A stretch of 64,000 nucleotides of DNA, taken from the NCBI GenBank assembly GCA_963742735.1, contig CAVUMN010000004.1:608001-672000 (forward strand), given 5' to 3'. Shown piece by piece: positions 52,201 to 60,200 of this stretch (the first letter of the stretch is position 1; each line of letters opens with the position of its first letter). Source of the stretch: an uncultured Actinomycetes bacterium (GTDB taxonomy: Bacteria > Actinomycetota > UBA4738 > JBBDTT01). The position numbers were made by a program, and so were the translations under genes. Under the pieces are notes generated by a model. The model was not told the origin of the DNA, searched no databases, and saw nothing but the letters and a program-made list of their open reading frames with translations.

Positions 52201-52495
52201 CTGGGATCTGGCTCCCACCAAGCGCATCGCGGCGGTGGCCGCGGCCTGCGCCGGTGACTTCGAGGCGGCGGAGCGGCTGTTCGATGCCGCCGAGGAGCAG
52301 GCGCGGGCCTGGCCCCACGTGATCGAGCGGGATGCCGAGGGGCCGCGGTGGCGGGCCTGGATGCTGCTCGAGCGGAACGGGCCCGGCGACCGGGAGCGCG
52401 CCGCGGAGCTCCTGACCGGCGCGATCGACCGGTATCGCGACCTCGGCATGCCGAGGCACGTCGAGCTGGCAGAGAGGATGCTGGCGAGCACATGA
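49235..52495 (+). CDS. Class III adenylate cyclase + STAND ATPase + TPR-like protein (array copy 1)
   Basis: FTDVVGST, EIKTMGDGF, GDLFGVAVNAAAR; GEPGVGKT, LDDLHWAD, GNAFFVEE, FAHELIRQTL. Confidence 0.9.
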   Translation: MSIPETATVLFTDVVGSTDLANRVGDAECRRLLGSHETVIREELAAHDGREIKTMGDGFMVSFPKPEGGLACAVAVQRRLAAEAEGVSVRMGLHTGEVTEERGDLFGVAVNAAARVAAKARGGQILVSEPLLAALDGLESVDRGLFWLKGFPDRWRLYEVLWREGSAGAQAAAGSDRTPFVARDDELADLRRALEAAAGEHGSLVLIGGEPGVGKTRLTMELAAEADAMAMRVLTGHCVEREGAAPYMPWVEVLEQALARAQSPEAFRGLLGESAGEVARIVPELRRVFDDIPAPLDLPPEQERRYLFNSIREFIGRAAEIRPLLIVLDDLHWADEPTLLLLEHVAEGLAGAPVLVLGTYRDVELEVGRPLARAIEDLRRRGLAQRLSLRRLDERGVADMLRGLTGQDPPAELVRAIYTESDGNAFFVEEVFHHLMEEGRLLDAAGRWRTDVAVAEFDVPESVRLVIGRRLERVTEDARKLLAAAAILGRVFDAAALETVAGVDEDQLLDGLEEAERARLVAAVEGPGERFEFAHELIRQTLLAEVSTLRRQRLHLRAADAIEAGAEGRQEEVAADLAYHLMQAGAGAPVERTAKALHLAGTRALEAVAFEGAVGYLESAASMPGAFDDRTRAELMHGLGQAYAGVGRWDEALEAWDQALDGFERLKDEETVGRIAYPISYQLIWGARFEDALMAVGRGLGALGDRETLDRVRLLSNGALLFGGGGYAEASEQMAGDALAMAERLGDDRVLGEVLSTRAIVRWQFCRFADTVELGLRAADLLRAENALWELAANQGFVAVALAWCGRFEETLEVAGEAIRLGDRIGHPGAHLTAHRGRFNAEFVGSGDLAILAAAAEEDRDIATANQLPWIAQSYVWIGLAAFLRGDWSRARESFEEAVRREPPAPLFTGWERGTLMWLLAHLGDQDGALELWSRDGVEIPVEGEAIGLGASAMLLFGVETFAILGRLEEAAAVYPVVLAHSKVIDARIWDLAPTKRIAAVAAACAGDFEAAERLFDAAEEQARAWPHVIERDAEGPRWRAWMLLERNGPGDRERAAELLTGAIDRYRDLGMPRHVELAERMLAST

Positions 52496-55400
52496 CCGAG
52501 AACGCCTCCGGGACGAAGACGATCCTGTTCACCGACGTCGAGGGATCGACCGGCCTCCGGACGCGCGTCGGGGACGACGCCGCCCATGCGGTCCTGCGGG
52601 AGCACGAGGAGCGCGTGCGCGAGCTGATCGCGAGCAACGGGGGCCGGGAGGTCAAGTCGCTCGGCGACGGCTTCATGGCCGCGTTCGTCTCGGCACGCTC
52701 GGCCGTCGACTGCGCGGTCGCCATCCAGCGCGCGTTCGAGGCCTTCGGCGAGGAGGGGCTGCGCGTGCGGGTCGGGGTCAACGCGGGGGACGTTCGCGAG
52801 GAGGCCGGGGACCTCTACGGCTCGGCGGTGAACGCGGCGGCCCGGATCGCCGCCGCCGCGAACGGGCGGCAGATCCTGGTGTCCGGCGTCGTCAAGGATC
52901 TGGCCGGCACGATGCCGGGCGTGCAGTTCGTGGACCGGGGCCTCTACTGGCTGAAGGGGTTCCCGGAGAAGTGGCGGCTGCACGAGGTGCAGTGGTCGGC
53001 GGGGCGGGCTCGGACCGCGTCGCCGCTGGGGCCGGCGGAGCGGACGCCGCTGGCCGGCCGCGAGGAGGAGATGGCGGACCTGCGGCGCCTGCTCGACCAG
53101 GCGCTGGCCGGCCGCGGAGCCCTCGTCCTGATCGGGGGGGAGCCCGGCCTGGGCAAGACCCGGCTCGCCGAGGAGATCCTCGAGGAGGCCTCGGGCCGGG
53201 GGTTCCTGGCGCTCACCGGCCGGTGCTACGAGATGGAGGGCGCTCCTCCGTACATGCCGCTCGTGGAGATCCTGCACACGGCGGCGAAGGTGGTCCCGCC
53301 CGAGGTGTTCCGGGAGGCGCTGGGCGACGCGGCGGGGGAGGTGGCCCGTCTGCTCCCGGAGCTCGGCCGGCTCTTCGCGGACATCCCCGCCCCGGTCGAC
53401 ATGCCGCCCGAGCAGGCCCGCCGGTACCTGCTGAACAGCCTCCGGGACTTCTTCGACCGCACCAGCCGCCGCCGCCCGCTGGTCCTGTTGCTCGACGACC
53501 TCCACTGGGCGGACGAGTCCTCGCTGTTGCTGCTGCAGCACACCGCCGAGCGCCTGGCCGACATGCCGGCCCTGATCATCGGAACGTACCGGGACGTCGA
53601 GCTGGACGTTGGACGCCCGCTGGCGATGAGCCTGGACTGGCTGCTTCGTCACCGGCTGGCCCACCGCGTGGCCCTGCACCGCCTGGGCGAGGACGGCATC
53701 CGCGACATGCTTACGGGCCTGGCCGGTCAGGACCCGCCGGACCCCCTGGTCAAGGTCATCTACTCCGAGACCGAGGGCAACCCGTTCTTCGTGGAGGAGG
53801 TGTTCCGACACCTCTCCGAGGAGGGCCGCCTGCTGAACGAGGAGGGCGGGTTCCGTGCCGACCTCATCATCGACGAGCTCGACGTGCCGGAGGGCGTCCG
53901 CCTGGTCATCGGCCGGCGCCTGCAGCGGCTCGAGGAGGACACGCGAAAGGTCCTCTCGGCGGCCGCGGTCCTCGGGCGGAGCTTCGAGTACGAGCTCGTG
54001 CGGGCGATGGACGGGTTGAGCGACGACCAGGTGCTCGACGCCGTGGAGGAGGCGGAGCGGGCCCGGCTGATCGTCCCCGCGGGGACCGGCTCCCGGTACT
54101 TCTTCGGACACGAGCTGATCCGGCAGACCTTGCTGTCCGGCCTGTCGCTGCCCCGGCGCCAGCGGCTGCACCTGCGGGCCGCCGAGGCGATCGAGAGCAC
54201 CCATTTCGTGGCGGGGGACGCCGCCGCCTCGGACCTGGCCCATCACCTGTTCCAGGCCGGGGCCGCCGCCGACCCGGACAAGACCGTGCGGGCGCTCGCC
54301 CTGGCCGGAGAGGTCGCCATGCGGACCATGGCGTTCGACGACGCCCTCCGGCACTTCGACAACGCGCTCGCCCTGGAGCCGGAGGACCCCCGGACCCGGG
54401 CCGGCCTGCTGCACGGACGGGCGCGAGCCCTGCGCAGCCACGGGCGGTGGGACGAGGCCCTCGATGCGTGGCGCGAGGCCCTCTCGCTCGCGGAGGCCGT
54501 CGGCGATCACGAGGCCACGGGCCAGATGGCCTGGGAGCTCGCCCATCAGCTCGCCTGGGCCACGCGCTGGCAGGAGGCCGCGGAGACGGCCGCGCGAGGG
54601 CTCGCCGGCCTGGGGGACGCCGAGACCGCGGAGCGCGCCCAGCTCACCCTGCTGTGTGGGATCGCCTTCGCGATGGGGGGCAACGGCGCCTTCGGGTGGC
54701 AGATGATCGAGGAGGGGGCGGCCCTCGCCGAGCGGCTGGGCGAGGGCGAGCTGATCGGGTATGCCGGCTACTGCCAGGCGATCTACCACTGGGCGTACTG
54801 GAACGCCGACGCGTGCGTCGAGGCCGGTCGCCGGGCGATCGAGCCGCTGCGCGCGGCGGGCGACCTATGGGACCTCGCCGCGCTTCTGGGCTTCATCGAA
54901 TTCATGCTGTTCGCCCAGGCCCGCACCGACGAGGCGCTGCCCGTCGCCCGAGAGAGCCTCGAGCTCTCCCAACGGCTGGGACATCGTGGAGCCGAGCTGA
55001 TCCCCGGACGAACGATCGCCTACCTGGAGCTGTTCTTCGACGGTCGATGGGAGGAGTTCGACGCCTATCTCGATCGCGACATCGAGATCTGCCGCACGAT
55101 CGAGTCGCCGTTCATCCACGACGCCTACTCGTGGAAGGGGATGGTCGCGCACGCGCGGGGGGACTGGGCGGAGGCCCTCGCGTGGTACGAGCGCGGGGCC
55201 GAGGAGGCCGTGCCGGGCCTGTGGGCGCCGATCCATCCCATGTTCCTCGCCCGTCACCTGGCCCGGATGGGCGACGGGGACCGGGCGCGCGGACTGATCG
55301 AGGAGCACCTGCCGTTCCTGCCTCGCCCGTCCGAGGGGCCCGTCTCGCTTGGATCGTGGGTGACCCTCTCGCTCGTGGTGGACGCCTTCGTCGAGCTCGG

Positions 55401-55770
55401 CGAGGACGAGCGGGCGGCGGAGCTGTATCCGCTGACCCTCGACTACCTGGCCGCCGGAAGCGTCGGCCAGCCCTACGAGCCTCTCCCGGTCGAATTCCTC
55501 GCTGGGCTCGCCGCCGCCGCGGGCGGCCGGTGGGACGACGCCGAGGCCCACTACGACCGGGCCCTCGAGGGGGCCGCGGCGTACGGAAACCGCGTCGCGG
55601 ACCCGGACATCCGCTCCCGGCTTGCCGCCACGCTGCTGGGTCGGAACGGGCCCGGCGATCGGGAGCGCGCCGTGGAGGTCCTCGGCGAAGCGATCGACCG
55701 CTATCGCGACCTCGGCATGCCCAAGCACGCGGAGCGCGCGGAGGGCATGCTTCAGCGAGCCGAGCCATGA
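52492..55770 (+). CDS. Class III adenylate cyclase + STAND ATPase + TPR-like protein (array copy 2)
   Basis: ATGA overlap; FTDVEGST, EVKSLGDGF, GDLYGSAVNAAAR; GEPGLGKT, LDDLHWAD, GNPFFVEE. Confidence 0.9.
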   Translation: MTENASGTKTILFTDVEGSTGLRTRVGDDAAHAVLREHEERVRELIASNGGREVKSLGDGFMAAFVSARSAVDCAVAIQRAFEAFGEEGLRVRVGVNAGDVREEAGDLYGSAVNAAARIAAAANGRQILVSGVVKDLAGTMPGVQFVDRGLYWLKGFPEKWRLHEVQWSAGRARTASPLGPAERTPLAGREEEMADLRRLLDQALAGRGALVLIGGEPGLGKTRLAEEILEEASGRGFLALTGRCYEMEGAPPYMPLVEILHTAAKVVPPEVFREALGDAAGEVARLLPELGRLFADIPAPVDMPPEQARRYLLNSLRDFFDRTSRRRPLVLLLDDLHWADESSLLLLQHTAERLADMPALIIGTYRDVELDVGRPLAMSLDWLLRHRLAHRVALHRLGEDGIRDMLTGLAGQDPPDPLVKVIYSETEGNPFFVEEVFRHLSEEGRLLNEEGGFRADLIIDELDVPEGVRLVIGRRLQRLEEDTRKVLSAAAVLGRSFEYELVRAMDGLSDDQVLDAVEEAERARLIVPAGTGSRYFFGHELIRQTLLSGLSLPRRQRLHLRAAEAIESTHFVAGDAAASDLAHHLFQAGAAADPDKTVRALALAGEVAMRTMAFDDALRHFDNALALEPEDPRTRAGLLHGRARALRSHGRWDEALDAWREALSLAEAVGDHEATGQMAWELAHQLAWATRWQEAAETAARGLAGLGDAETAERAQLTLLCGIAFAMGGNGAFGWQMIEEGAALAERLGEGELIGYAGYCQAIYHWAYWNADACVEAGRRAIEPLRAAGDLWDLAALLGFIEFMLFAQARTDEALPVARESLELSQRLGHRGAELIPGRTIAYLELFFDGRWEEFDAYLDRDIEICRTIESPFIHDAYSWKGMVAHARGDWAEALAWYERGAEEAVPGLWAPIHPMFLARHLARMGDGDRARGLIEEHLPFLPRPSEGPVSLGSWVTLSLVVDAFVELGEDERAAELYPLTLDYLAAGSVGQPYEPLPVEFLAGLAAAAGGRWDDAEAHYDRALEGAAAYGNRVADPDIRSRLAATLLGRNGPGDRERAVEVLGEAIDRYRDLGMPKHAERAEGMLQRAEP

Positions 55771-56939
55771 CCGAGACCGCGACCATCCTGTTCACGCACG
55801 TCGAGGGGGCCACCGCGCTGCGCGCGCGCGCCGGCGACCAGGCCACCGATCAGGCGCTGGCCGCCCACGAGGCGATCGTGCGCGAGGCCATCGAGCGCCA
55901 CGGCGGGCGCGACGCCGTCTCGTTCGAGGAGGGGTTCACGGCGGCGTTCGTGACCCCTCGGGCCGCGGTCGACTGCGCGGCGGCGATCCAGCGGGCGATG
56001 GACGCGTACGCCGACGAGGGGCTGCGGATCCGTGCCGGCGTCCACCACGGACCCGTCGAGGAGGGACCCGAGGGAGCCGTTGGCCCCGGCGTCACCGGCG
56101 CGGCCGCGATCGTGGCCGCCGCCCGGGGCCGTCAGATCCTGGTCTCCGACGAGGTTCGCGAGCTGGCCGGCACGATGCCCGGCCTCCAGTTCGTTGACCG
56201 CGGTGAGTTCCGGTTCTCGGCAGACGGCGAGCCGACCCGGGTCCACGAGGTCCTGTGGTCGATCCGCCGGGAGCGGACGGCCTCGCCGATCCCGCAGGCC
56301 ACCACGCCGTTCGTCGGCCGCGAGGCCGAGCGGGACGAGCTTCGGGAGGTCCTCGACGCGGCGCTGGCCGGCCGCGGCTCGCTGGTGATGATCTCGGGCG
56401 ACGCGGGGGTGGGGAAGTCCCGCCTGGCCGAGGACCTGGCCGAGGAGGCGTCGCGCCGTGGGTTCCTGGCCCTCTCCGGTCGCTGCGAGGACCTGGAGGA
56501 CCCTCCCGCGTTCATGCCGCTGCTCGAGATCCTGCGGACCGCCATGAGCCTGGTGCCGCAGCAGGTGTTCCGCGAGTCGATGGGGGCCGCATTCTCGGGG
56601 ATCGCCAGCCTGCTCCCGGAGCTCGCCGAGGAGCCGCCGTCCGGCGCGGCGCCCGATCGGGAGGCGCTCCTGGACGCATGCCGGGACTTCCTGGAGCGCA
56701 CGAGCCGGCGGCGTCCGACCCTGTTGATCCTGGAGCACCTCCAGTGGGCCGACGCGGAGAGCGTCGCCCTCATCAGACACTCGGCCGACCGGCTCGCCCA
56801 GCTCCCGGCGGTGCTGGTGGGACTGTACCGCCCGGGCGGCCTGACCGAACGGCCCCTGGGTGCGGCCCTCGACGGGCTGCTGTCCCTGCCCGTCGTTCGG
56901 AGCCTTGAGCTTCAACGGTCGGTCCCCGGAACACCGTGA
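55767..56939 (+). CDS. Truncated, catalytically degenerate cyclase + P-loop protein (array copy 3, 390 aa)
   Basis: ATGA overlap at the start, GTGA at the end; FTHVEGAT, DAVSFEEGF, GAVGPGVTGAAAI; GDAGVGKS; ILEHLQWAD; no GNP/WHD/TPR region. Confidence 0.85.
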   Translation: MTETATILFTHVEGATALRARAGDQATDQALAAHEAIVREAIERHGGRDAVSFEEGFTAAFVTPRAAVDCAAAIQRAMDAYADEGLRIRAGVHHGPVEEGPEGAVGPGVTGAAAIVAAARGRQILVSDEVRELAGTMPGLQFVDRGEFRFSADGEPTRVHEVLWSIRRERTASPIPQATTPFVGREAERDELREVLDAALAGRGSLVMISGDAGVGKSRLAEDLAEEASRRGFLALSGRCEDLEDPPAFMPLLEILRTAMSLVPQQVFRESMGAAFSGIASLLPELAEEPPSGAAPDREALLDACRDFLERTSRRRPTLLILEHLQWADAESVALIRHSADRLAQLPAVLVGLYRPGGLTERPLGAALDGLLSLPVVRSLELQRSVPGTP

Positions 56940-59900
56940 GCCGCCCCGAACCCGCGAATGGGGGCGAGACCACCAACACGACGATCCTGTTCACCGACGT
57001 CGAGGGATCCACGGACCTGCGCACCCGTCTGGGCGACGAGGCCGCCAATCGCGTCCTGGCCGACTGCGAGCGCAGCGTTCGGGACGCCGTCGAGGCGAAC
57101 GGCGGTGAGGTCGTGAAACAGCTCGGAGACGGCGTCATGGCCACGTTCCAGTCGGCGCGCGCCGCGGTCCTGGCCGCCGTCGATGTGCAGGCGCGGACCG
57201 CCCGGGACGGCCCGCGGGTCCGCGTCGGCGTGCACTTCGGCGAGGTGGCGCGGGAGGGCGGCGACCTGCAGGGCGCGGCGGTCCACGCGGCGGCGCGCAT
57301 CATGGCGAGCGCCGCGGGCGGCCAGGTCCTGATCTCCGAGCGTGCCCGGGACATGGCCGGCCTCCTGCCGGAGGGCACGCGCCTGATCGACCGCGGCCTG
57401 TTCTGGCTGAAGGGGTTCCCCGAGCGGTGGCGCCTGGTCGAGGTCCTCGGAGAGTCGGCGGACGAGGGTGTGGTTGCGTCTGCCGGCGGCGCGCCGTACG
57501 TCGGCCGCGACGACGAGCTCGCGGACCTCCGCCGGGCCCTGGAGGCCGCGGACGGGGGGCACGGGTCGCTGGTGATGATCGGCGGCGAGCCCGGCGTCGG
57601 GAAGACCCGGCTGGCGGAGGAGACGGCCGCGTTCGCCCGCCGCCGAGGCATGCTGGTGTTCACCGGCCGGTGCTCCGACATGGAGGGGGCACCCCCGTAC
57701 CTGCCCTTCGTCGAGATCCTCGAGGCGGTCGCCCGGTTCGTTCCCCTCGACGCGCTGCGCGCCGCGCTCGGGGAGACCGCGGGGGACGTCGCCCGGGTCG
57801 TGCCCGAACTCCGCCGTCTGCTCCCGGACCTCCCGCCGGCGGCCGACCTTCCGCCGGAGCAGGAACGCCGCTACCTCCTGAACGCGGTCCGCGACGTGCT
57901 CGCCCGCTCGGCCCGGATGCACGCCCTGGTCCTGATCCTCGACGACCTGCACTGGGCCGACGAGCCGTCGCTGCTGCTGCTCGAGCATCTCGCCGAGCTG
58001 CTTCCCGAGCTCCCGTGCCTGGTCGTGGGGACCTATCGCGACGTCGAGCTCGAGGTGGCACGCCCCCTGGCCCGGACCCTCGAGTCCCTCCTGCGCCGCA
58101 AGCTCGCCGCGCGGGTGTCGCTCCACCGGCTCTCGGAGGACGCGGTGCGCGAGCTCCTTGCCGCCCACGCCGGCCAGCACCCGCCGGAGGGGCTCGTCAA
58201 GGTGGTGTTCGCGGAGACCGAGGGCAACCCGTTTTTCGTCGAGGAGGTGTTCCGCCACCTCGCCGAGGAGGGCCGGTTGTTCGACGAGTCCGGCCGGTTC
58301 CGCACGGACCTGGAGATCTCCGAGGTGGACGTGCCCGAGGGCGTCCGGCTGGTGATCGGGCGGCGTCTCGACAGGCTGTCGGAGGCCGCTCGAGAGGCCC
58401 TCACCGCCGGCGCGGTCCTTGGCCGGGTGTTCCCGTTCGCGCTACTGGCCACGGTCGCGGAGCGCGAGAACGAGGAGCTGCTCGACGCTATCGACGAGGC
58501 GGAGCGGGCGAAGCTCCTGGCCCCGGCCGGCCACGGTCGCGACGAGCGGTACGCGTTCTCGCACGAGCTCGTGCGACAGACCCTGCTCGCCGGGGTGACC
58601 TCCGCGCGCCGGCGCCGGCTCCACCTGCGCGCCGCCGAGGCGATCGAGGCCGCTCACGGCGAGTCGCCCGAACACGCCGCCGACGTCGCGCATCACCTGC
58701 TCACGGCGGGCGCGACGGCGGACCCCGCGCGGACGGTTCGGTGGCTACGGATGGCCGGGGAGCGCGCCCTGGAGGCGGCGGCGTTCGAGGACGCGGCCCG
58801 GCACCTGGAGGCAGCCCTCGAGCTCGAGACGGGGCTCGACGACGCCGCCGAGGCCGACCTGCGGTTCTCGCTCGGCATCGCCCAGCGGGGAGCCGGCCGG
58901 TGGGAGGACGCCCTGGCCACGTGGATGGACACGCTCGGCCGGTTCCGGGCCCTCGGCGAGCGCGAGCGCCTGGCCGAGGTTGCGTGGCACGTGGGCTACC
59001 AGCTGCTGTGGGCCGGCCGCGAGGAGGTCCTGGCTCAGGTCCTGACCGAGGCGCTCGTGGACCTGGAGGGCAGCGACTCGGCCGGCCACGCGCGGCTCCT
59101 CCTCGGCGCGGCCGTGGGGTTTGCCACCGTCGCCCAGCTCGCCGGTTCGGAGCTGATGCTGGGCAAGGCCGAGGCGATGGCGGGAACCCTGAACGACGAC
59201 GTGCTGAACCGCGACCTCGACCAGGCCCGCGCGGTCGTTCACTGGACCTTTCCGGGGCTCGCCGAATGCATCACCGCGGCCCGCCGCGCCGAGGTCCGGA
59301 TGGAGGCGGCGGGAGCTCTGTGGGATCTGGCCAACATCCGGAGCTTCATCGTCGCCGCCCAGATCCTTTCCGGCGAGGTCGAGGAGGCGATCGCCCTCGG
59401 CGGGCCGACGCTGGAGCTCGCCGACCGGCTCGGGCACGTCGGCGCACACATCTACGTCAGCCGCGCGCTCGATCCGACTCGGGCGCAGACGAGTGGCGAC
59501 GCGAAGGGACTCCTGGTCTCGATGGAGTCCGAAGCCACGCTGGCCCACGACGCCGGGATCGTGTGGGCCGAGTCGAACGCGGTGTGGCACTGCGCCATCG
59601 CCGAGCTCTGGCTGGGCCACTGGGACGACGCGCTGGCCAGGGGACGCGACGGGATGACCCGGAAGATCCCCGCGGGCTACGAGGGCTGGGGCGACGGGGT
59701 GCTCGCCGTGATCCTCGCCCTCGCCGGCCCGCGCGAGGAGGCCGTCGCGTGGATCGAGGCACGGCTCGACAGGGTCCCGACGCCTGGAGAACGGGGGACG
59801 ATCGGAGCGTGGATGCTGGCGCTGTTCCTGACGGAGGCGCTCGCCGTAGTCGGGAACTGGGACCGGCTCGCGTCCCTCGCGCCCGTCATGGAGGGTCTCC

Positions 59901-60196
59901 CGGCCACCGGCATCGCCTATCGGGTCATCGACACGCGCTCGGCGAAGGTCTCCCTCGGCCTGGTCGCGGCCGCGCGCGGAGACGCGGAGGGCGCGCGGGC
60001 GGCCTTCGAGGAGACCGTCGCCGACGCCGATCGCCGGGGGTTCGTGATCGAGGGAGCCGAGACGCGGCGTCTGTACGCGCTCGCCCTGGCCCGTCTGGGC
60101 ATCGAGCCCGAACGTGCGGCCGCCCTGCGCGCCGAGGCGGCGGTGCGCTACCGCGAGCTCGGCATGGACCGCCACGCGGCCCTGGTCTCTGGCTGA
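56936..60196 (+). CDS. Class III adenylate cyclase + STAND ATPase + TPR-like protein (array copy 4)
   Basis: FTDVEGST, VVKQLGDGV, GDLQGAAVHAAAR; GEPGVGKT, LDDLHWAD, GNPFFVEE, FSHELVRQTL. Confidence 0.9.
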   Translation: MSRPEPANGGETTNTTILFTDVEGSTDLRTRLGDEAANRVLADCERSVRDAVEANGGEVVKQLGDGVMATFQSARAAVLAAVDVQARTARDGPRVRVGVHFGEVAREGGDLQGAAVHAAARIMASAAGGQVLISERARDMAGLLPEGTRLIDRGLFWLKGFPERWRLVEVLGESADEGVVASAGGAPYVGRDDELADLRRALEAADGGHGSLVMIGGEPGVGKTRLAEETAAFARRRGMLVFTGRCSDMEGAPPYLPFVEILEAVARFVPLDALRAALGETAGDVARVVPELRRLLPDLPPAADLPPEQERRYLLNAVRDVLARSARMHALVLILDDLHWADEPSLLLLEHLAELLPELPCLVVGTYRDVELEVARPLARTLESLLRRKLAARVSLHRLSEDAVRELLAAHAGQHPPEGLVKVVFAETEGNPFFVEEVFRHLAEEGRLFDESGRFRTDLEISEVDVPEGVRLVIGRRLDRLSEAAREALTAGAVLGRVFPFALLATVAERENEELLDAIDEAERAKLLAPAGHGRDERYAFSHELVRQTLLAGVTSARRRRLHLRAAEAIEAAHGESPEHAADVAHHLLTAGATADPARTVRWLRMAGERALEAAAFEDAARHLEAALELETGLDDAAEADLRFSLGIAQRGAGRWEDALATWMDTLGRFRALGERERLAEVAWHVGYQLLWAGREEVLAQVLTEALVDLEGSDSAGHARLLLGAAVGFATVAQLAGSELMLGKAEAMAGTLNDDVLNRDLDQARAVVHWTFPGLAECITAARRAEVRMEAAGALWDLANIRSFIVAAQILSGEVEEAIALGGPTLELADRLGHVGAHIYVSRALDPTRAQTSGDAKGLLVSMESEATLAHDAGIVWAESNAVWHCAIAELWLGHWDDALARGRDGMTRKIPAGYEGWGDGVLAVILALAGPREEAVAWIEARLDRVPTPGERGTIGAWMLALFLTEALAVVGNWDRLASLAPVMEGLPATGIAYRVIDTRSAKVSLGLVAAARGDAEGARAAFEETVADADRRGFVIEGAETRRLYALALARLGIEPERAAALRAEAAVRYRELGMDRHAALVSG

Positions 60197-60200
60197 CCCC

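Noticed and set aside
49235-60196. Calling the array CBASS, Pycsar or Avs
   Set aside because: No CD-NTase fold, no adjacent cNMP-binding TM/TIR effector, and no nuclease/TIR/Sir2 domain; the Lys/Asp residues point to ATP. A defence role remains only a hypothesis.
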